From contig JAYKHS010000025.1 in assembly GCA_035285865.1 (NCBI GenBank), forward strand, positions 1 through 43,407: a stretch of 43,407 nt of DNA, read 5' to 3'. Under the pieces are notes generated by a model. It was not told the origin of the DNA. It worked only from the letters and a program-made list of their open reading frames with translations, and ran no database searches. Of the stretch, positions 36,960 through 43,407 are shown piece by piece. The translations under genes were made by a program, and so were the position numbers. Source of the DNA: Candidatus Sericytochromatia bacterium. Lineage in GTDB: Bacteria > Cyanobacteriota > Sericytochromatia > S15B-MN24 > VGJW01. Within the stretch, counting starts at the first letter, position 1, and every line of letters begins with the position of its first letter.

Positions 36960-37739
36960 ATGGCACTCTTGTCGACACATCCTTGGCTGGCCTACCGGGA
37001 GATGTTTCTGGGCCTGGTTGAGCGTGAAGTGAGAGCCCGTTACCGGGGCTCTTTCCTCGGATTTCTCTGGAGCCTGCTTAACCCGCTGCTGCTGATGGGC
37101 ATCTACACGCTCGTCTTCTCTGTGGTCATGCGCATCCAGGTGCCCAACTATGCCCTGATGCTGTTCACAGGCTTGTTGCCCTGGACCTGGTTCTCGACGT
37201 CTCTCACCAACGGCACGGCGAGCATCACGGCGAATGCCAACCTCATCAAGAAAGTCTACTTTCCGCTCGAGATATTGCCCCTGGTCTCGGTTTCGACGAA
37301 CTGGGTCAACTTCCTTTTCTCGCTGCCGGTGCTGGGGGTTTTCTTGCTGGCCAAGGGCATCGCCCCCGGGTGGGCGATGCTTGCACTGCCGGTGCTTATG
37401 GCCGTGCAGTTCGCCCTGACCTTCGGCGTGAACTTGATCCTTGCGACTATGAATGCCTTCTACAAGGATGTGGAGCAGTTGCTGGGGCCGGTCCTGATGG
37501 CGTGGTTCTACGTGACGCCCGTGGTCTACCCCGTTTCGATGATTCCGGGGGATTATGCGTGGCTCACCTATGTCAACCCGATGGCTCCACTTGTCGTGGG
37601 TTACCAGGACATCCTGATGCGCGGTGCCGCTCCGTGGTCACCGGGGCTTTTCGTCGCGGCCCTTGAGGCGTCGGCCTGCCTGATGCTCGGCCTGTGGGTC
37701 TTCCGCCGCCGCAAGTTCGTCTTCGCGGAGGTGATCTGA
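36960..37739 (+). CDS. wzm: ABC-2 polysaccharide export permease (Wzm/TagG/RfbA)
   Basis: RYRGSFLGFLWSLLNPL, NANLIKKVYFP, FYVTPVVYP, NPM. Start placed at ATG 36960. Confidence 0.92.
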   Translation: MALLSTHPWLAYREMFLGLVEREVRARYRGSFLGFLWSLLNPLLLMGIYTLVFSVVMRIQVPNYALMLFTGLLPWTWFSTSLTNGTASITANANLIKKVYFPLEILPLVSVSTNWVNFLFSLPVLGVFLLAKGIAPGWAMLALPVLMAVQFALTFGVNLILATMNAFYKDVEQLLGPVLMAWFYVTPVVYPVSMIPGDYAWLTYVNPMAPLVVGYQDILMRGAAPWSPGLFVAALEASACLMLGLWVFRRRKFVFAEVI

Positions 37740-37742
37740 AAC

Positions 37743-38513
37743 ATGGCGGTCCAGGGCGCGCCCAGAATCGGATCCGTCGCGGTGACCGGGGTTTGGAAGG
37801 AATACGCGCTGGCCAGCCACCGGCCGCGCACCCTCAAGGAAGCTCTGGTTGGTGCGTTGAGAGGCCAGGGCGCCGAACCTCCGCGTTCGTGGGCCCTCAA
37901 GGAGATCGGCTTCACGATTGAGCCCGGCGAGAGCTTCGGGATCATTGGCACGAACGGATCCGGGAAGAGCACCCTGCTCAAATTGCTGACTGGCATCAGC
38001 AAACCGACCTTGGGGACCGTGGAGGTCCACGGCAAGGTGTCGGCCCTGCTCGAGTTGGGCGCAGGGTTTCATCCCGACTTCAGCGGCCGTGAAAACACCT
38101 ACCTGAACGGGGCCATCCTCGGCTTGACGCGCAAGGAGATGGAGGAGCGCTACGACAGCATCGTCGCCTTCGCCGAACTTGCCGAGCACATCGATCAGCC
38201 CGTGAAGACCTACTCCAGCGGCATGTACATGCGCTTGGCATTCTCCATCGCCGTGCATGTCGATCCCGACGTCCTCATCATCGACGAGGTCCTTGCCGTC
38301 GGGGATGCCGCGTTCCAGAAGAAGTGCATCGACCGCATCCACGGCTTCCGCCGTGATGGAAGGACCATCCTCTTCGTATCCCATAGCCATGGGCAGGTCG
38401 CGCAATTGTGTGACCGTGTCGCCTGGATCGACCGCGGAGTTCTTCGGGCACTGGGACCTAGTCGGGACGTTCTCTCCCGCTATGAGGCACACATTGCTGG
38501 GACTGAGGGCTGA
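37743..38513 (+). CDS. wzt: ABC polysaccharide export ATP-binding protein (Wzt/TagH/RfbB), no C-terminal carbohydrate-binding domain
   Basis: GTNGSGKST, LLELGAGFHPD, YSSGMYMRLAF, DEVLAVGD, VSHS; only 256 aa. Confidence 0.94.
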   Translation: MAVQGAPRIGSVAVTGVWKEYALASHRPRTLKEALVGALRGQGAEPPRSWALKEIGFTIEPGESFGIIGTNGSGKSTLLKLLTGISKPTLGTVEVHGKVSALLELGAGFHPDFSGRENTYLNGAILGLTRKEMEERYDSIVAFAELAEHIDQPVKTYSSGMYMRLAFSIAVHVDPDVLIIDEVLAVGDAAFQKKCIDRIHGFRRDGRTILFVSHSHGQVAQLCDRVAWIDRGVLRALGPSRDVLSRYEAHIAGTEG

Positions 38514-38517
38514 GGAT

Positions 38518-39882
38518 TTGAACAAGGTCCTCGTGATCACGCATGAGCGTGTCGGCCCAGTCATGGCCGGACCTGGTATCAGAGCGTTCGAGATGGCACA
38601 GCAGTTGACAGTCAGCTGTGACGCGACGCTAGTTACGCTGCTGCCTCTGGGCGGAGACATAGAATCGCGGTGTCGCATCGTGTCTTGTGCCGATGACCAC
38701 GCCCTGCTGTTCCGGATGGCTCGCGAGGCCGACGTCCTCGTCATGCAGGGCCTTATGCTGCGGCGATTCCCAAAGCTCGGAAAACTGGGCAAAAAGATCG
38801 TGATGGATCTGTACGATCCGTTTGTCTTTGAGGCTTATCCGCAGACGAATCTCGATTCTCCCGAAGGACGTGCCATTCTGATTGACCTGTGGGACATCAT
38901 GAATGAGCAGATGGATGCCGCAGACTTCATGATCTGCGCTTCCGAGCGCCAGAGAGATATGTACCTGGGTCGCCTCTGTGCGCTCGGACGGTTACGTCCC
39001 GAAATAGCGGCGAGCGATCCCTCTTTCCGGACCTTGATAGACGTCGTTCCTTTCGGTCTGCCTGAGTCCGAGCCCGTTGCGACGGGACAACCGGCACTCC
39101 GGGGCGTTGTGCCCGGGATCGGGGCGGATGACCGGATACTTGTCTGGGGTGGAGGTATCTGGGACTGGTTCGACCCACTTACGGTAATTCAGGCAGTGGC
39201 AGAGATATCGAAGGAGCGAGGCGACATCCGGCTGGTTTTTCTCGGTACTCGACCGCCGAATCCAGAGTTGCCCGAGATGTCCATGACCCAGCGTGCGCGG
39301 GATCTCTCCGATGCTCTGGGCCTGACGGGGTGCTTCGTCTTCTTCAACGAGGGCTGGGTGCCTTACGCGCGCCGCCAGGACTTCCTGCTTGAGGCCGATA
39401 TCGGGATTTCCAGCCACTTCGATGCCATCGAGACGCGTTTCGCATTCAGGACGCGCATTCAGGACTATCTGTGGACGGGGCTGCCCGTGTTCACGACGGA
39501 GGGGGACTCCATCAGCGAGGAAGTGCGTGCACGGGGTCTCGGTGCCGTGATTCCTTACAAGTCTGTCGAAGGTTGGGTCGATGCCCTTCGCCAGATTCTG
39601 GCGGATGCGGAGGAAATCGGGGCAACCCGCTCCCGGGTACTGGCTCACCGAGAAGCCATCAGGTGGTCTCGAACGACGCTTCCCCTGCAGGCCTACTGCG
39701 TATCACCGTGGTCGCATTCAAGGCCAACATGGTCAGTCTCCCGGGCGTACGGCCGAGAGGCACGACCGTGGTGGTCGAGGCTCCGAAGGGCCGTGATGCG
39801 CGTCTGGAGTGAGGGTGGCCCTCGGCTGCTGGCCGAGAAATCAGCCCGTTTCCTATTCCGGCAATTGTCGGGTGCATGGTGA
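38518..39882 (+). CDS. GT-B (family 4-like) glycosyltransferase, paralogue of 30705-31994
   Basis: GPGIRAFE, DLYDP, WGGGIWDWFDPLT, ETRFAFRTRIQDYLWTGLP. TTG start after GAGG. Confidence 0.86.
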   Translation: MNKVLVITHERVGPVMAGPGIRAFEMAQQLTVSCDATLVTLLPLGGDIESRCRIVSCADDHALLFRMAREADVLVMQGLMLRRFPKLGKLGKKIVMDLYDPFVFEAYPQTNLDSPEGRAILIDLWDIMNEQMDAADFMICASERQRDMYLGRLCALGRLRPEIAASDPSFRTLIDVVPFGLPESEPVATGQPALRGVVPGIGADDRILVWGGGIWDWFDPLTVIQAVAEISKERGDIRLVFLGTRPPNPELPEMSMTQRARDLSDALGLTGCFVFFNEGWVPYARRQDFLLEADIGISSHFDAIETRFAFRTRIQDYLWTGLPVFTTEGDSISEEVRARGLGAVIPYKSVEGWVDALRQILADAEEIGATRSRVLAHREAIRWSRTTLPLQAYCVSPWSHSRPTWSVSRAYGREARPWWSRLRRAVMRVWSEGGPRLLAEKSARFLFRQLSGAW

Positions 39883-39886
39883 TGAG

Positions 39887-40795
39887 ATGATGACCTCCCA
39901 CGAGGAATTTCTGGACACACGGCGATTTGACGGAACGGTCGTCGTGGCTGCCATCGTCCTCTACAGGACTCCTCTCGACCTCCTCGAACGCTGTATCCGC
40001 TCACTGATGCGGCAGCACCTGTCGGCTGACGCCAAGATTGTGTTGGCTTTTCGCGATAATGATTGTGGCTCCACTTTGCCCGCCGTCGCAGGGTTGATCG
40101 ACACGTTGGGGCTCGCGGATCGCGTGATTCTGTGGGATGCTGGCGACAACGTCGGATTCGGCAGGGCGCACAATGCAATCTTTGCGGCGTGTCGAAAAGT
40201 GATGGGCGATCGAGCGTGGCTGCACCTCTGCGTGAATCCTGACAGCATCTACCATCATCGGGCAGTCAGCGCGATGGTGGCCTTTGCTGCGCACCATGGG
40301 TTCCGAGGTCTGTTTGAGGCCAGGCAGTTTCCGCGTGAGCATCCAAAGCCCTATGACAAACAGGACTTCCGGACGAACTGGTGCAGCGGCTGCGCCCTGC
40401 TGATTCCGTCCAGTGTCTATGCAGAGCTAGGCGGATTCTGCGATGACTTCTTTATGTATTGTGAGGATGTCGATCTCAGTTGGCGGACGAGGTTGGCGGG
40501 CATGGAGTGCCGCGTGGTCCCACAGGCATTGGTCCAACATGACGTTGCGCGCAAAGGTCGAGATAATGACTTCGAACGGAGGCACATGATTATCTCGGGC
40601 TACAAGCTGGCTAGGCGGTACGGAGGGGCGAAGTTTGCCAAGGCCATGGGCGACATGATGAGGGAGTTGCTCTCGCCGGAAGAGTTGCGCCAAATCGCGG
40701 CTTGGGACAAGAGTTTTAAGCCTGTCCCGGTTCCGCAGGGCTGCGATATTCCCACATTTGACCATCAGTTTACGTTCGCGCAGGCCCGTTGGTAA
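39887..40795 (+). CDS. GT2 glycosyltransferase
   Basis: IVLY, DN, NVGFGRAHN, VNPD, WCSGCALL, FFMYCEDVDLSWR. Confidence 0.88.
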   Translation: MMTSHEEFLDTRRFDGTVVVAAIVLYRTPLDLLERCIRSLMRQHLSADAKIVLAFRDNDCGSTLPAVAGLIDTLGLADRVILWDAGDNVGFGRAHNAIFAACRKVMGDRAWLHLCVNPDSIYHHRAVSAMVAFAAHHGFRGLFEARQFPREHPKPYDKQDFRTNWCSGCALLIPSSVYAELGGFCDDFFMYCEDVDLSWRTRLAGMECRVVPQALVQHDVARKGRDNDFERRHMIISGYKLARRYGGAKFAKAMGDMMRELLSPEELRQIAAWDKSFKPVPVPQGCDIPTFDHQFTFAQARW

Positions 40796-41845
40796 TTGGC
40801 GTTGAGAAATAATTCCATACCTGTGCCTGGCCTTTTGTCTGTCGTTATTCGAACGGTATCCGGCCGAATTGGCTACATGGACACCGCTCTTTTTAGTCTT
40901 CAATGTCAGGATTATCAGCCGATAGAAGTTGTAGTGGTCTTCCAAGGTGTTTCAGGCGCGGATAGGGGGCATCTTGATTCAGCCTTGCAAGTATATCGAG
41001 ACATGGGTATGGATGTACGTTTGGTGGTTAATCCCACGGATGAGGATCAGCGCAGCCGGAATCTTAATCTTGGATTGATGGCTGCTCGAGGTCAGTTTGT
41101 GGCTTTTTTGGATGACGATGACGTTGTATATGCACGTCATTATGTTAACCTTATTGAGGCTATGGGGTCTGATGGGTGTGCGTGGGCTTATGCCAATACT
41201 TATCAGGCCAATATGGAATTCGCTTCTGATGGGAGTTTGTATGTTAGGTCTTACGATAATCCATTCGAAAAACCAAGATACTGCTTTATAGACCACTACT
41301 TAGGTAATTTTATACCAATACACTCATTTTGCGTAGATAGAATGTCAGAAATAGGATCAAGGCTGGCCTTCGACGAGACAATGATTCGCCATGAGGATTA
41401 TGATGCAATTCTCAGGCTGTCCAGCGAGGGTCGGCCTGCTTTCGCTCCTGAGTTTACCTGTGAATATCGGATAAGGCAGGACGGCTCAAATACGGTGCTT
41501 GCTGGAACGCTAGACGATGCTGATCTTAGATTGAAGTCCCGAGCCTGGGACCAGGCTCAGGGGCAGCTGGAGCGGACGCGAGATCGTCTGAATGTGTCCC
41601 TGTGGAACCGCGACATTTTCAGCGAGATCTCGCGCTTGCGCGGAGAGGTGCATCGGTTGTCCATGCTCGTCGATGATCCTGCCGGGCACCTGTACGGGGT
41701 CAAGCCTCTTCGTTATCGGCTGTCAGACAAGCTGAATGGCGCCGTTAAGCGTCTTCCCGTGGCGCACGTAGGGATGCGCCGACTTGGGGAGAGTCTGGAC
41801 CGAGCAGTCGAGTCTTTGCGCCAGTATCTCCGAACTCGGCGCTGA
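40796..41845 (+). CDS. GT2 glycosyltransferase with C-terminal coiled segment (AT-rich gene)
   Basis: SVVIRT, RSRNLNLG, FVAFLDDDD, NFIPIHS, FDE..HEDYD. TTG start directly after the previous stop. Confidence 0.85.
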   Translation: MALRNNSIPVPGLLSVVIRTVSGRIGYMDTALFSLQCQDYQPIEVVVVFQGVSGADRGHLDSALQVYRDMGMDVRLVVNPTDEDQRSRNLNLGLMAARGQFVAFLDDDDVVYARHYVNLIEAMGSDGCAWAYANTYQANMEFASDGSLYVRSYDNPFEKPRYCFIDHYLGNFIPIHSFCVDRMSEIGSRLAFDETMIRHEDYDAILRLSSEGRPAFAPEFTCEYRIRQDGSNTVLAGTLDDADLRLKSRAWDQAQGQLERTRDRLNVSLWNRDIFSEISRLRGEVHRLSMLVDDPAGHLYGVKPLRYRLSDKLNGAVKRLPVAHVGMRRLGESLDRAVESLRQYLRTRR

Positions 41846-41962
41846 GATCCGAGGGCGGGTTGATCGCTCAGATCCCCTCCCTTCGACCGACCCGCCAGCG
41901 AAGGGCCGGAGATCCAATGGATCAGGCGGTCGTCTGTGAGGAGCCAAAGTTCGGAAGAGCGG

Positions 41963-43213
41963 TCATTGGACATCGTAGCGATCCCGCATCCCCAGAATCC
42001 TGCAGAGACCTTCGTGGAGGCGTGCATAGGTCTCTCCGCCTTCCGTGACCATCAGGGGGTGCCGCATCAACCCTACGAGATCCCGGTCAGGCCGCTTGCG
42101 CCAACTCTGAACTTGACGGCGACGCTCCATCACCTCCGGGAGCATGGAGGCCACGTCTTTAAGGGCCAGGACACCAGCCCACGCCTCCGCGGAAACCAGG
42201 ACGCTTCCCCCCCGCACCCGTGTCGGGCCACCCTCGAGATGCTCCAATACATCGCGTAACAGCTTGATTGAGACCGCTCTGGCAAGGCCGGACAGACCCC
42301 GTTTTCTGGTGACGCGCGCAATTCTCGACGCCACGTTCTGACGCGCGGCGAGGCGTGGCGCCACGGGCAGCTCTTCCATCCGGAACGAGGCCTCATCCAC
42401 GTGGCCGCGCAAGGCCGCCCGCGACGCTGTCAACAGGAGGGCGGCCAAGGCATGGGGCAGAAGATCCTCGTCCTCTTGGTTCTTTAGCACCATCATAAGG
42501 GCGTTGCGTTCCATCAGCAGCCGTTTGGCTTCGCTCGGGAAGCGCGCGGAGGTTCCATTATGGACATGCCACGAGACTGCCTGAGGTCGATAGATGACAC
42601 GGTGGCCGGATGACCAGAGTCGCCATCCGAGGTCGACGTCTTCAAAGTAGGCGAAGAAGCTCTCGTCAAATCCTCCCAGTGCCAGAAACGTACTCCGCCG
42701 GATCATCATCGCGCCTCCGCAGGCGAAGAGCACCGGACCTTCCGTGCCCTGGATGCGCGCTGCGTCCGCACCGTAATCGGGTTGCAGGCCGAATCCATCG
42801 AAAGTCCTGCCAGATCCGACATAGTCCACCCGCGTTCCGTCCCAGTTCAGGATTCGCGTTGCGACACATGCGACGTCCTCTCCAACGAAGCCGCCCAGGG
42901 CTTGGTGCAGCCAGTCGGGAGCGAGGCGCATGTCATTGTTGACAAGCGCAAGGTAGGTCGCATCGGTGGCTGCCTGTGCAGCCAGGTTGTTCGGCTTAGC
43001 AAATCCCTCGTTGTGTGGCAGGGCTATCACGCGAATGGAGGGCCGTGTTTCTCGAAGCCACGCTACCGTGCCATCCGATGACCCGTTGTCTACCACGTGA
43101 ACTTCAAGAAGGTCGCGCGGGTAATCGAGTGCATCCACCGACTCAAGCAGGCGATCCAGATGGGTGCGTCCATCCAGTGATACAACCAGAAGGGCGATCC
43201 GAGGGAGCGTCAT
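41963..43213 (-). CDS. GT2 glycosyltransferase
   Basis: VVDNGSSDG, NEGFAKPNN, LVNND, FACGGAM, GGFDESFFAYFEDVDLGWR, ERNAL. Start placed at ATG 43213. Confidence 0.9.
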   Translation of the reverse strand: MTLPRIALLVVSLDGRTHLDRLLESVDALDYPRDLLEVHVVDNGSSDGTVAWLRETRPSIRVIALPHNEGFAKPNNLAAQAATDATYLALVNNDMRLAPDWLHQALGGFVGEDVACVATRILNWDGTRVDYVGSGRTFDGFGLQPDYGADAARIQGTEGPVLFACGGAMMIRRSTFLALGGFDESFFAYFEDVDLGWRLWSSGHRVIYRPQAVSWHVHNGTSARFPSEAKRLLMERNALMMVLKNQEDEDLLPHALAALLLTASRAALRGHVDEASFRMEELPVAPRLAARQNVASRIARVTRKRGLSGLARAVSIKLLRDVLEHLEGGPTRVRGGSVLVSAEAWAGVLALKDVASMLPEVMERRRQVQSWRKRPDRDLVGLMRHPLMVTEGGETYARLHEGLCRILGMRDRYDVQ

Positions 43214-43291
43214 ATGCGGCTGTCCGATCGGCAGGCATGGCCTGTGGCGGCGGCTGGAAGTGTGCGAGGGCTCACAGCCGCCATGGTACAC

Positions 43292-43301
43292 GGGTACAAG
43301 A
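43292..43301 (+). promoter_or_regulatory. GGGTACAAGA motif, copy 3
   Basis: Starts 16 nt before ATG 43308. Confidence 0.5.
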
Positions 43302-43307
43302 CCCCTG

Positions 43308-43407
43308 ATGCGTGAAGGTTCTGGCAGGCCGCCTTCCTGGATGGCCGAACTGTTCTTCGAGGCGGCTGTCGTGCCGGCCGCCGCCATGCCGGGCGTGCCC
43401 GAGGTGG
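43308..43407 (+). CDS. 5' end of an unidentified CDS running off the window (MREGSGRPPSWMAELFFEAAVVPAAAMPGVPEV...)
   Basis: Open frame from ATG 43308 to the window end, divergent from the GT2 gene and preceded by the GGGTACAAGA motif. Confidence 0.4.
   Translation, partial: MREGSGRPPSWMAELFFEAAVVPAAAMPGVPEV

Noticed and set aside
41846..41962. Terminator or small gene between the convergent GT2 genes
   Set aside because: Only weak, short inverted repeats and no credible ORF.

Overview
GC-rich bacterial chromosomal window, almost entirely coding, with no recognisable mobile element, prophage or CRISPR array. Gene order, GroEL sequence, a CIRCE element and many orphan lipoproteins suggest a Terrabacteria lineage, possibly a non-photosynthetic relative of Cyanobacteria such as Sericytochromatia (inference, not tested). 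The left part is core housekeeping: tRNA-Arg(UCU), rpsO-pnp-M16 peptidase-dut-dapB-asd, def-udk, an IMPDH/GMP-reductase family gene, fumC, tatA-uvrB, groES-groEL with a perfect CIRCE, lexA with a GAAC-N4-GTTC-type operator, and ffh-rpsP-khpA. Interspersed are poorly characterised envelope proteins: a B-box-like/Ig membrane protein, a lipoprotein subtilase, DUF4332 and SpoIID lipoproteins, and two orphan lipoproteins. The right part (30.7-43.2 kb) is a surface-glycan locus with a GT-C transferase, several GT2/GT4 genes, a flippase-like protein, DUF2304, Wzm/Wzt and one AT-rich glycosyltransferase. The most notable unannotated signals are: (i) an exact GGGTACAAGA decamer 15-16 nt before three start codons, a candidate alternative-sigma promoter driving leaderless envelope genes; (ii) several leaderless or short-leader sigma70 promoters; (iii) a candidate ~110-nt structured sRNA next to the tRNA; and (iv) three apparent pseudoenzymes (a kinase lacking its N-lobe, a pseudo-receiver and a Zn-phospholipase C homologue with degenerate metal ligands). 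All family assignments come from motif recognition by eye; no database searches were run.
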